A stretch of DNA of 64,000 nucleotides, from NCBI RefSeq assembly GCF_000150275.1, contig NW_002060968.1:529788-593787 (forward strand), in the 5' to 3' direction. Source of the DNA: Trichoplax adhaerens (Eukaryota > Animalia > Placozoa). Under the pieces are notes generated by a model. It had not been told where the DNA came from. It searched no databases and was given only the letters and a program-made list of their open reading frames with translations. Of the stretch, positions 13,671-26,600 are shown one piece after another; the stretch's first letter is position 1, and each line of letters starts with the position of its first letter. The position numbers were made by a program, and so were the translations under genes.

Positions 13671-15629
13671 TATTCGATGGCTGGGAGATATAGATGAAGT
13701 ATTTAAACCTTCTTTTATGTTGTGAACATTGTTTTATTTATGGTCTTTGGTTTTATTAATTAAGAATTTTCATCCATTTCACTTAAAAATAATCTTCTTA
13801 CTTAAAATGAAAATTGATAATAGCATTGGCGAAATTTCGGCTATAAGTTAGATCCTTGTATTGCAAGATGCGAAGTAAGCGCTCCCCGTATTATTTATCT
13901 TGGAGTTTAATAAATTGTGGATATTTGGCACAATATCTTTTTAAAGTCAATTTCAAGAAAAATTTTCTATTTAGCAACTTATGTTGAAAATGAAGCATTT
14001 TCGAAAATAAAGGTAAGGTTCCGTGCAGATTTGTTTACGAGACTATCTCAGGTATCCAGATAATTTCCAAACCCTTATTTTTGCCCCCGGATGTTGATGC
14101 AATCAATACCAGGAATTGAATATCTTGTAAGTTTAATGTCAGGATGAATGCCTTGAAAAGCTCTTTTATGAAGAATGAGCTTTCATAAAGCCAACCCTAT
14201 TTCTGCTCTATCACAAATACGTTTAATTATCGGGTAGCAGTTGTCCCCCGGAGAATTTTTCCATAACCGTATGCCAACCGGATGCACAGACGTTTCTTGA
14301 TAAATTTGGATTTATCAATCATTTAAAAAAGTCATTTATTCGACCTTGATCTAAATCATGTCAGAACATGGTTACAAGATAAAAAGAAACATTTGTTCAT
14401 AGGTATGAACCCACCTCAGACAAAGAAAATGAGAAAAACAGTCATTTTACAAATTGCTAGAATAGTTCATTCAGCCGGTATCAATTTATAATATTAGCTG
14501 TAACTTTAAAATTATTTCGTTTTGGAGATAGGGAGTATATAAATGTTTATCTTTTAATTAAATAAGAGTCTTTCGTTCATCACAAATAAAACTTTGATGC
14601 TCCGAAAATACGACAACCTATTTATTTAACCTATTTATTTAACTATACTATAGCATCGATCGTTATACCTACTAGAAATGCTAACAATTAAAATCATATA
14701 AAAATACTGATTTTCTATTTCTTGAATCTCTGTAATAACTGTTCAAATAAAGAGAATAATTAATCCCTATGTTTGTACAACAACGGAAATAAAGACATGA
14801 CGACTTATAGTCTTGTCTCACTTTAATTCTTAGCTATGACTGACATTGGATTAATTGAATACATGTTCTTTTCAAAAATTGCCGACAGTGGCGCTGTTTT
14901 ATATACAACCCAATTTTGAGCTTCTTTCATTTCCTTAATAAACGTACCTTTGTTGAGTACCGTACTAGATAAAAACACATAATCTACTAGCAACGTGGTT
15001 ATATCGTAGACTAGAAAATAAAAGTCTTGCAGGATCATCTTGGAAAAAAACTAAGGTATGCAAGTTGAGACTTACACGTGCTGTATAACCAGATGAATAT
15101 TACAGATTACCGACGAAGCTAATATAGACTTTATCACTACGCTATAATACAACTATGAAAAGGGGATTGATTTACATAAGAAATATAAATATCATAATCC
15201 AGAAAGTGTATCTTTTAAGTGAGGACTATGGCTAATCAATAATTCATATGTTTTCGTTTATGTTGAAGTATTGGTAGATTCATTACTGTTTCAAATCTTA
15301 AAAGATATTATTTTGTAGCTACGCCAGAAAAATTGACGTAATATTGTAAACAGAAGTTGTGATTGTTGCCACAATTTACTTAAAGTAAATAATGCAATTC
15401 GCCTCCAAAATCTTATTTAACCTAAGGCCATGTATTGCTCATTACGGTATATTCTGTCGGTTACAATTCGTACTGTTAATACTACATTGAACAATCTGAG
15501 TTTTTTTGATACAATTTACTTATATAAAATTTTCAAAAAATTTTGAATTAAATAACTGATAAAAGTTAAGGCTTATCCATTCATACGGACTGATATCTTA
15601 GTAATAATTTTTTTCTTCTGTTAAAAGAT

Positions 15630-18175
15630 AGTAATCATATTGAAAGCGATTGTCTTTCATTTCTAAGACCTTTTATTGCAGAAATTAAAGTGGTTTCGAT
15701 CGTATACAAATCGTTTTTTATGGCTCTTCATTATTAGCTTGTTAAGACACAAATCAAGACTTCAAAGCAAGTTTATTCCTACTTTGTGATTTATGAAAGC
15801 GTAATATTGTAAAGTACTGTACGGTTGAATATAAATTCCAAAATCGCTGGAAAAAGTTCGATATTTAATTAAAAAGTAAGTGAAGCATATTTTATCGTCG
15901 TTTATGTTCAACTGTTTTGATAAATCCTTATTTTATGCTTGACTATCATTTTATAAAACTGACTAAATAAGGAAAAATTTTAGAGATTTTATCGAAATTC
16001 GAAAAAATTTAGCAGAGCAATTCAATTGCTATTTTGACCAGTGATTTTAGAAATTTCGTAACAGCCAAAAATTGAAAAGAAACTATTTATTCACTTTTCT
16101 TGGTCCAAAGCTGATTTAAAGCTACTCTATCTGACTGAAATTGCTACATAATTTGGAATTTTTGATAGCGTAACCAAGTGTAGTTGCTGCTTCTGAATAT
16201 TTTATCTCTATTTCGAAAATTAAATGCGCATTGATTGCTTTGGCATTCGTAAATATGAACAACACTTATTCGAATAATCAGAGTTCGGACTCTACTCCGT
16301 ATTCTCCATTAACATGGTATCATTCTGAACTTACCATTAGCGCTATGATGATGAGTTTCTTAAGCTTCATTTTAAATATGATCATATTTTATAAATTATG
16401 TACCAAGAAATATTTGAAGAAGCCCCTTCATCGCCTAATTGCTAATCTAGCGCTTACAGATATAATTCATGTCATCACATATAGTGTCATGGCGACTTTT
16501 CCACTAATAGTAAACACTTATCGTCAATTGTTCTGGAAAATAACCCCATCTGCTGCTAATATTACTTGCAAAATTGTATTCTACATATACGTTGCATCAA
16601 TAACAACTTCTACTTCGACATTATTGGTAATTGGAGCTGAAAGATATCGAGCAATTACATATCCACTTAGACGAACTTACACAAGAAAGCAAATGAATAG
16701 AATTTTGATGGCAATTTTGGCAATATCATTCAGTAGTACCCTTTTGATTATATTTACGCGCAATTATGATCGGTCTAGTATCCTTAACTGCACAGGGTCA
16801 TTGTCGCCGTACAAGTCTTTCATTGCTGCTATTTCATTCACTGTTTATGCCATTGCCACGTATGGAATACCAACAGTATTTATTATCATATTCTATGTCT
16901 GTATTATTATGAGTTTATATTATTATAACCTGCCAAAGGGCGATTCAGAGTATCGAGCTGAAGTCAATAAATCAAGGCAAATGAAAAATCAAGTCATAAT
17001 GGCATTACTTATCATTACCATTTTATCAGCAGCATCTTACTTCCCATTTATGGCCATTCATGTCGGAATTGCATTCCTAAAGTATTCTACTAACAATGCG
17101 ATCAAAGACTTGCCCAAACTCTTTTGGATATTCTATCGTTTGACTGCCATTTTGATGTTGATTCCAACGATTCTAAATCCAATACTGTACAATTTTGCCA
17201 GCTCTGAAATCAAGAAGGAAATGAAAGCATTTACAGTTAACTTGCCTCGAATTTCTGCTAGAAAATGTTGTATTCACTTTAGAAAAGCTAATCGTTTAAC
17301 TCCAGTCTTAAAAATGTGATTATTGTCGCAACCAGTTTCTAATGGTCCATTTATTCTTGTACCTTGCAATAAGTATCTTCCATTATGATCTCTCTAAATC
17401 ATTATCATCAATATTCAAAGGTTTCCCTGATCGAACTAGTCAAATTCGTTACAGACTTAAAAGATCACCATTGCGGCTAAGGAAGGTGGAACTACTGTAA
17501 ACAGATTGTACTTCCAATTTGAAGTGCTGTCAATCTAGCCTGCTTCTGATTTTCATTTTCTGTAAACACTATTATTGACCCTTGATAATGTTTAATGTGC
17601 TGCAGTATTTTAAGCCGTAGCTATGACATAATACTGTAAGTGCTTTACTTAAATAAATCACTAGCTAAAACTGGTCTTATTTCTGTTAAATGTAGTTTCT
17701 TTTCAGAATATTCGTATATTGTGATGTGCTTAGTTATAACCCTTGAATAATTTTTTAAGCTGTCATGTCGTTGAGGTTAGTATTTGCAGATAATGATTTT
17801 CTAACTCTCTAGCCCATAAGTTAAGTTCTGTTTAATCAGCCGTTTGATAAGACAAGCTTGATACTCAAGTCTACATCAGTAGAATCGTTCACATTACAAT
17901 CTGTTCAGAAACAATAAATAATTTCTAGTGGATTCGAAAATGTAATGCCAATAAATTTACTTACGTCACATACAATTTTCTTGGAAAGAAGAGTAAATTT
18001 CATAACCGTTATCAAATGATTGCAAGTAAGTCGAAAACCTTTCTTCTTCTATTCAAATAAACCCTTATGTTCATATTTCAGTAAAAGCAACAGTCGATTG
18101 CTGCAAGCAAATTCGCCGCGATAATTTGGCGAGGTTAGGAATGTAGAGGAAATTTATGTTGGAATTAAAATCAAA
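15630..18175 (+). repeat. Right arm of the inverted duplication (partner ~4570-7090)
   Basis: See left arm. Confidence 0.85.
16255..17319 (+). CDS. Intronless orphan class A GPCR, paralogue of 5389-6453
   Basis: NLALTD, C3.25, ERY and NPILY motifs; close protein similarity to the 5.4-6.5 kb receptor; ATG at 16255. Confidence 0.93.
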   Translation: MNNTYSNNQSSDSTPYSPLTWYHSELTISAMMMSFLSFILNMIIFYKLCTKKYLKKPLHRLIANLALTDIIHVITYSVMATFPLIVNTYRQLFWKITPSAANITCKIVFYIYVASITTSTSTLLVIGAERYRAITYPLRRTYTRKQMNRILMAILAISFSSTLLIIFTRNYDRSSILNCTGSLSPYKSFIAAISFTVYAIATYGIPTVFIIIFYVCIIMSLYYYNLPKGDSEYRAEVNKSRQMKNQVIMALLIITILSAASYFPFMAIHVGIAFLKYSTNNAIKDLPKLFWIFYRLTAILMLIPTILNPILYNFASSEIKKEMKAFTVNLPRISARKCCIHFRKANRLTPVLKM

Positions 18176-18489
18176 CATTACCCTTAAATTACGCTACATT
18201 TTATTTTGGAGAGCTTTGTTTATTAAAATAATGCTAAATGACCGGTTGCCAATTTAATAAGTAGTATTGCATGAAAGAAAATATGAAGTGAATGAAGATC
18301 ATTTTTTAAGTATGAATGAAATGTGAATTTCATGATAACGCTGATGATGATAACATTTTCTAAACGCCTTTACGACAAGGTCAAAACAGAATTAATTTTA
18401 TAGAAGCTGATTTTCTTAAGGAGTCATTAAAGATGTTAGCCTTTACATTAGACATATAATAGGTTCAATTATCAGTGCTAGTTGCATAA

Positions 18490-19040
18490 CTATCCAAGAG
18501 CAAATGTAGGGGGAAGTATCTGGAAACCAGCTTACAAGATATACTAGATGATCAATATCCTATAGTATAGATATTATGTTATTGTTAGAAACAGCAGATT
18601 TTTCATCGGTTGCTCCATCTTTACTGTGTTTAGCCATTAAGGTAAGCATTAACATTGCTTTCTTCTATCTCTGCTTTTGTTAGAAACAAGTTTTTTCCTT
18701 CTTTAGCTTCAGCTCCACCCTGCTATCTATTTGCCATCGAAATAAGTTGATAAGATTCTTCACTTCTATCTCTGTTTTTGGCAGACTGCAGACAGAATGT
18801 TTGTAGATTGAGGATACCAGTTTTTAGCAAATGAAATCAGCTGCATGATCAATCTACTATCGTATCGATTTCATATTATAGTTAGTAACGAGAGCCATCT
18901 TCTTTCTATCAAGGCTGCAAGGCTGCTCTATTTCTTGACTGCCATGAGTGTACTTGTAGAACCCATGCTCCTTCTACTTAGCGAACTATATACAGTTTCT
19001 ATATCCTTGAATACTTTACTTTCCATTATGGCAGAATACG
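18490..19040 (+). repeat. Dispersed diverged repeat, copy 2
   Basis: Direct-orientation homology to 9610-10165. Confidence 0.7.
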
Positions 19041-19234
19041 AAGTGGACCAATATTCAAATGAATGAATTAAATATTAGATGGAGAAGTAAAGCTAAATGA
19101 ATGATAAAGTTGTTTATTAATGCATATTGCTGTTGATCTCAACTAAGTAGATTGTAATCAGCGTCTTACGTATCTCTTTATTTTATTTTATTTATCATAA
19201 ATTGATTATTACATAATTACTACGTCATTTCGAC

Positions 19235-19950
19235 GTTATTGCCCTTACTGAACTACTAAAAGATATGTTGAATATAATCCAGATCAAGTTAAAATTAGAT
19301 ACTTGATACAAATCAAGTCTGAATTTGTTGATGTTTCTCTAAACTAACTTTCGTTAGATTTAGAAATTATCCCATGATATTACATAACGGCCAAAAGTAT
19401 TTAAAATTTATGAATCGACTGCAAGGTAGTAAAGCAGAATATGAATCATTCGTACCTGTCAATAAAGTGACCAATGACTCCTGAATTAACATCCAAAACA
19501 TTAGCTTTGCCTTACTTTGAACTGTACTGTAGATGCTTGCGAAAAGTCAACTCACTCTTCTAGGCTATTTGTTTTGGTTCACTGATTAATAGTATAATTT
19601 AGATGAAGCTATTTAGCCCATTTCATTAATCTGAGCTTCATTAATCCAGCATAGAGTTTAACAATTTATAAATACTTCGATTAAAATTAAAGCCTAGTAA
19701 CACCCATGTTTACTAGAATAGCTGATGATGAATCTAGGTATTTACTTGTGTCTACTAGCACTATAACAATAACATCAACTAATACATCGTATATTTACTA
19801 TTATTTCGGCTGAAATACCTATAGTACGATGTGATATTCCTCGGCTTGTTAAGTATTATCGCAGGCGATTTTCTTATTATTGATTGTATGTAGATTTTAA
19901 TCAGTATGCTAATTTGTATGTAGCTATTCTGCATGTCTAGCATTATTACG
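19235..19950 (+). pseudogene. PARP1-like pseudogene, terminal exon plus 3' flank
   Basis: gaactactaaaag|a tat gtt gaa tat aat cca gat caa gtt aaa att aga tac ttg... (YVEYNPDQVKIRYLIQIKSEFVDVSLN*) matches the last exon of the intact copies. The 3' flank is homologous to ~29960-30530. Confidence 0.85.
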
Positions 19951-19951
19951 A

Positions 19952-20317
19952 TGTGTAAGCTCGTTCTAATGATAACTTTAGATGGATAAGTTTACTTTAT
20001 ATGCACCAGAAGTTTCTGACGAGACTATAAAAGGCTGCTGCCTGAAGACCGGTTTTTAGTTAATTAGTCGGTTAGTTAGTCAACTAGTTTGCCAATTGCT
20101 ATTAAATTGTCAAGACTATCATCTTGGTTATCAAGATCTCTTCAGTAATTAATAGTAGTCCATCTCTTACTACGTCGTCTATATTGTACCATAGTATTTG
20201 GTCGTTGGAACTGAATTAGTTGATGATATAGCTCATCTTGCCTCTTGAAGTCAGTAAGAGGTGTTTTTCATAAGTATTGGCGTATGTAGACTACTTTGTC
20301 ACTGGTGGTAAGTGACA
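19952..20317 (+). mobile_element. LTR-like element (second family; no TSD found)
   Basis: TG..CA ends are possible, with an internal TATAAAAGG followed by a TTAG-rich tract and a second copy at 11759-11960. No matching TSD was identified. Confidence 0.35.
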
Positions 20318-20719
20318 AGCGTTAATCAAAATGTGCGTAAACCATCTTCGTTTTAGTTTAGATGCCTATGGAGTCTATTCCTTGGAATGAGATTTGAATA
20401 TTGTTTCATTTTTATATTGCAATAAAAAAAAGCGTTGTATATGCTAAACTTTGACTCAGCATTATGGAAACTCCAAAGCAACGTATTCAGCATATCGTAT
20501 AATACATTACTTAATCCGGAATAGTTTAACAAGAATTTAAAACTGCAAATCTGTACGTAATAATTTGAGCTAATTGCAATCGTAATTCGTCTGAAAGTAT
20601 AATGCTAATACAAAATGGCAGCACTGTTTAACGTAGTGATTAGCAACAGTTGTACTTAAGTATATTAATTGTAGATGATAACTGGTGTAATGAAACGATT
20701 TAAAACCAATTCATTACAC

Positions 20720-22050
20720 TATCACTGACTTTCTTGGAAAGAGACTCTAGAAGAGTCGATGGAAAGATATTTTTCCATGCATGCTAGTGTGTATTCCCGT
20801 ATTTGCATTGGCTGAATAAGTACTGCAAGTTCCAGTAGCTTGCAACTGGATCTAACACCAAAGTCTATAATTGAGTGGAGCCGCTCCATTATAGCTATCA
20901 ATGAGCTACATGGTAACCACAGTTGCAACATAGCTGATATTACTATCAGTTTGTCTCCTAAAGCCACCAAAATACCCGGGCAGTAGCTCATCGAAGCGAT
21001 GAAATTGCTGCTAGGATAGTTCAATTTGCTATCAAACGATGGCTTAATGCGACGTAAGAGGAGCCTTAAATAACTGATGACTTTGCGTCTCTGTTAAGAT
21101 TATCCATCATCCTTAACGTGCACTTGTGCAGCTATGCAGCTCTTCCATAGGCAGTAAGACAGTACTATAACTGGTTTAGCATAGTTGAAGCAGCTTATTA
21201 TTGTGAAAAAGAGACCGAATATCCCCCAATTCCCTAGAGAACGGATCAGGTCGACTTTGCAAAGATGTATGGTTAAATAGAACTTCCAGCGGCTGCTCTC
21301 TTCTTCACTTTAGTAGGCAACAGAGAAGATGTCTTGCGAGAGCAAGGACACTGGCTCCAAAATAAGTAAAATTGTGCTATACGAAACACTATTATTTAGC
21401 TACAGTGCTACAGCATTGACTGTAATATTGCCGTTAGAAACAGTCGTCATGGACTATGGACTAGTTGGAATCGAATAGTCTATATGCAATCTTGTGGTTG
21501 TCATGAATTATATTATGAATAATTACTAAGCGCTCCACCCAGTTATTTACTTTGGCATCAAATCAAATCTTGAGCTTGTGGAATGTACTTGTGCAAGCAA
21601 ATGGTGGACAGGATTCTTTCTTTGATGTAGCGTATTGCTTTTGTACTTGTCTGAGGGTTGTTTTGCTACCTTCTGAAATTTGCACAAGAGCATTGAAGGC
21701 AACGGCCTCTACCAGAAGTGGATACCGTTGTTATTGTCCTTTGGTTGTCCTTTTTTTTAGCTCGCATCCTAGCACGGTAAGCTAGCTCCAATCGAATCCT
21801 GACAGTTTATTTGCATTGATTGTCTTCTGGCCAAGACAGAATATTACCTACCAAAGGATTAAATTTATCGTAATAAAACCATTCTTTGACGCAAGCATAA
21901 TTCAATATTGAACCGACAGGTAGGCTTATCGACGTCTTATTCACTTTCAAGTCAGCCATATTGGATTTTGTACACGTATAATAGCTCATTCTCCTCGTTA
22001 ATTTTGCTATTATAGTGGATTGATATTCGTTAGTGCCTGCAAATTACTTT
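20720..22050 (-). pseudogene. Decayed kelch-repeat-like gene remnant, copy 1
   Basis: Minus-strand fragments YPSSNFIASMSYCPGILVALGDKLIVIS, FDAKVNNWVE and YYDKFNPLVG resemble the kelch consensus YDPxxNxW / ASMxxxRxxxGxxALxxKLYVIGG. Many stops and frameshifts. Confidence 0.45.
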
Positions 22051-23617
22051 ACTAATGGAAAATAGGATAAAATTTGTAGCTAATTTTGTTCTACTAATTG
22101 CACTCATCGTTGACATCACACCTAAAATTTTATAACATTTTTATGACGAATTCTCTAACGACTGAGATACTATGTAATAGTGTAACAAGCTCTGACAGAT
22201 CAGGAAAGATCTTGGAAAAGAAGAACTAAAAACACTGTAACGGTTTGCATAGAATAAACATTAATTACTAAGAGCAGGGGCTGCCAGCTTATAGACTGAG
22301 CTAAATGTGTTCGTATTCTTGAAGGCCGGGCGTTTCAACGCTGCTACAGAAATAGAAATCGTTAGGAGATCGTAAAATCTTTAAACTACGAAACGAACGT
22401 AGTAACAGTTAGGCAATGACAAGCACTAGTAAGAGAGAAGTGTAGCGGCTTCAATACGTTACCTAACTTGGGTACAACTTAAAAATTGCGAACAAGATCA
22501 TTTAACACTTACAGAATTTAGTATTAGAACGGTAGTTCCTAATTAATTATTATTACTTCACTAACAAGAAATTAAATAGAAGAGTATCACAGACTACCTT
22601 GTGACAAGTTTACTAGCCCAACATAAAGCACTTTCGTCGAGTTGCTTCTACAGATTACTGCCCTAATCTGTCAGAAGATCTTGTAAGAGTATAGTACTAC
22701 TGCTACAACGCTCAAGAACTGCCCTTTTAAAAGGCTCACAACCAGTAGACACGCTATTTTATAATCTACAAAATAGCTTTATTCAATAACACTGAAGCTT
22801 TGTGAGCAGCAATACTTTCTTAAACTCTATAATTATGCAGTCTAACGGCAACCTAGTGGCGTAGCTAAGAGCGTTGAACCTAGTTTGCCCTTATTAATAA
22901 GCACGCAACTATTCTTATGGCCAATTATTCTGGATTGACTGTAAGCTAACAATGTACGGGTACACAGTATTACTCTAAATTACTTCTGCAATTCTGTTTC
23001 GAATGGCGATGGTTAGTTTACTATTCTAAATGTTTACGTTATAATGGATTGAAATAGTTCATTAAAACTCTCTTGTGATTTTGACAATATATTCTACTCT
23101 ATGTTGAGTTTAACTTTGAAAATATTGTGTCTTACTATTTTTAACATCCCTGTTTGTTGGTATTATATAATACAGCATCTGTGGACATAGATCTTAATAT
23201 GCTTTTTACTGTGATAACGGTTTGGTGCCATGAACGCAGTGCACATATATAAATAGAATGTTCTCGTTTAATTTGAGTCTTATTTTAATTCAGTTGTCAT
23301 CTGTCACCGCAGTTAAATAATACTAGTGAAGCCTACCGAAGTACTAGCTGGCGTAGAATTTGATATTTTTTATTAAGGTTAAAAATAGAATAGAACTAAA
23401 GTCCATTAGTGAGGTTTCAATTATTCACAGTGTTGACATTTAGTGAAGTACTAACGGTCGCAGTGCCTAGAATTCATATAGTTTAAGGCCCAATCCTAAT
23501 AAACTCATTTTGCGAAACCACTTGAAGTGATAATACTTTAACCTTAGCAAATATGAACTACAAGTTCCAAGCTTGCATCTTTAATGGGTATGCCATTGTG
23601 CTAGAAATTATTGAAAC

Positions 23618-26600
23618 ATGAAGAGAAGACAAGATCATCAAACATCAGAAGTAGCAAAGAAACCGTCTGGTCATGCTGATGAACATTCCGAATATGAAGT
23701 ACGTTATTCTTATATAAATACTGTAACTTTAATTGATTACTTTCATGGATAGATTAAATATGAAATCATAATGATCATCATTTCATTTTAAATTATTGAG
23801 ATACATAATAGCCATAATTCCTTACTATAATTTATCTACACAGGAGCAAATGATGATGGTTTGGAAAACTAGAAATATACTTAGAGAAGAATGCGATAAT
23901 GAAACTTTATGGCTAATGAAATGCCAAATTGGTGAAACTCCCAGTGACGAACGAACTGTGAGGCCTTAACAAATCGTTGCAGCTTGAATTGGGCAATATT
24001 TTGCTTAATAATTCAATCATTGATGCTAACTCCTAACGGCTGTTAATACTTTAATACTCATCGTTTATCAGAATCTAAACGACTGTGCTGAGCGAATGGT
24101 ATTCGGGGCTTTCGAATCTTGTCCTAATTGTAACAAATCTTCCAAATATTTCGAGTAATTATATATTAGTAAACTTACTACTAATGACTGTAAGGTCAAG
24201 TAATGGAAATAATTGTCGTTTATAATTTAACTAGCCAAATTTATAGTAGCTTAGAAGATACTGAATCAAATGCGCTCAGTACTTTACCTCTAGGTGTACG
24301 TCTAGTTTAAAATTTTTTAATTTTCTAAGCAAAGATTAAAATTTACTCCTAGAGAAACATCGAATGGCTTTGTTTGCACAGGCGGAATCGCCAACGTTCC
24401 ATGCGAATATGTTACAGAAAAACGCGAGAGATGCGCTTGCAAAATTTCTGAAGAACTAAAGGCCAAGTCTCCGTTCCTGTAAGGATCATAATATTGTGTT
24501 GTATTTTACTTACAGTATTTATACATGGATCTTTCATCCTGTTAATAACTACTATACATCGAGATGCTGATATTACTGATTCAATTTTTACTCGTTTCAT
24601 AAAAGAGATGTTACTAGTTGGATCATGTTGAAAAATATCTTAAAATTTATTTTCACTATTCTTTGATACCGTATTGCATGCCTGTTTATGAAAATTTTAT
24701 CAAGTACAGAATACAATTTTCTTAGTAATAGTTATTCCTATGTACCTCGCGATCGGATCCGATTAAAGAAAGACGAATCATACCCTATTCCTGAAAAATC
24801 AAAGTATCGATATATTTTTAGGTACAAGTAATAATAACTGCTGGGCATATATATCTAAAATACATAAAAATATTGGTATAGGGTATTATTGTAAACTGTA
24901 GCTGTTTATAGATCATGCGCCAAGTAAATTAATACGCTATTAATTTTTCATGTATTGGTAATTTAATAAGAAAATGCTGGCTTAGAAGTAGAAAAATATA
25001 TAGTTAGATGAGTATCTAATTTTTCATATAATTCTATGTAGGCGTAACATCGTAAAGCAGAAGCCCCTAGGCAATATTCGTGTCGCTACTATTGGCAAAC
25101 TAGGAGAGAATATGGTAAGTTACATTTCTAAAAGAAAACTTCCATAAGTGTTTACCAATTATGTAATCAGTAACATTCCATTTTACACGCTGTTCTTTGC
25201 ACTCAATAATAGAAAATTATTATTACTGTACTAACTGTTTTATTTAAAGTCCAATATCAGAAAAAAAATTGAAAATTTAGGAGGAATCTTTCACGAGCAG
25301 ATCTCAAAATATGTAGATTTGTGTATTGGTCGACTAGGTTTGCTATTAGACTGCCTATAGAACAATACTTATCCTACAATACAATGTTTTCTTATAAATT
25401 TTGTACTAGTTTTACGTGAAATAACCTTTCCCTTTAGGTAAACTAAACAAGAAATTAAAAGAAGAGATCGATAATCTAGGATTGCCAACGGTTTCGGAAG
25501 AATGCTTGTCAGCTATTGCAAGTGACAACTTTGATGAGACTATCACAAAATATGGCATTAGTAATTGCACCACAGAGAAGGTATGTTCTCTTTTATTATC
25601 GATGATATTAGTGTAAAAGCAACAGTTTTGTAAATTAGATTTCATGAAACGTCTGAAAATGTATTATATGTATGTGAATCTTAATTTATAATAAACTTTT
25701 ATCAAACGTAGGTCGCCAAGATTAAGAATAAGCGAAAAGGTAAGTATATAAAATATATATATCTTGCCCAATAGAATGAGAAGTAATATGCAAATAACGT
25801 AATAGCCCTTACTTGACTATATTATTACAGGCTTTTATTCAACGAATATTATTTCGCTATCAGGCCTAGTCACTACTGACTTACACAGCGGTAATAGCTG
25901 AATCTAAAATTTATTTCATGTGATGCTATTTTAATATTAAATACTCACGAACATCATATTTTGCTATGTGCAAAAATTTATGATAGTGCTCGTATGATAA
26001 ATATTGATATTACATTAACTATAAATAAGTATAGCTGATAACGTTACTAAATGAACTTTTTTAGGATTTGAAAATGATTATAACGTTATCAAAGATTCAA
26101 ATTGTAACGTTTATAGTGCTGTAATTGAAACTGCTCCTGGCAAGTGGCTTAAATTACAGGCCCTTCAGCATAATGAATTACACAAGTTAGTTCTAAAACA
26201 GACTTTATCTTAGCGATCCTCGTTTCTATTTGTGGCATTATGATAATGCAATAACATTCTATTTACTTGAAATACAGATTTCATCGAACAGGTCTGACTT
26301 AAACGATTTTGTTAATTTTTATAGCTATTGCTTATTTACGATTGAGAGCGCTATTGATTATTCACATGCAATCAAAAGCAACATTAAAGTAATTATTGAA
26401 TACTTAATAATACTTGATGATTAGTATCAGTATTCTTTTACGTTAAATGTGCTTTCCAAATATCGGAATTTACTTGTAATAATAATGTAAAGAGATATAA
26501 GTTATAAGCCTGTTTTACTTATTTATAGTATACGTGTTCGAAAGCTGAAGCCATGATGGCCTTTGATGAGCTTTATTACGAAAACACAGGTATGAAAGTA

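Noticed and set aside
13960-14480. Slightly GC-richer, CCGG-rich stretch suspected to be a bacterial/HGT or TE fragment
   Set aside because: The frames I translated contain stops and no recognisable motif; needs blastx.
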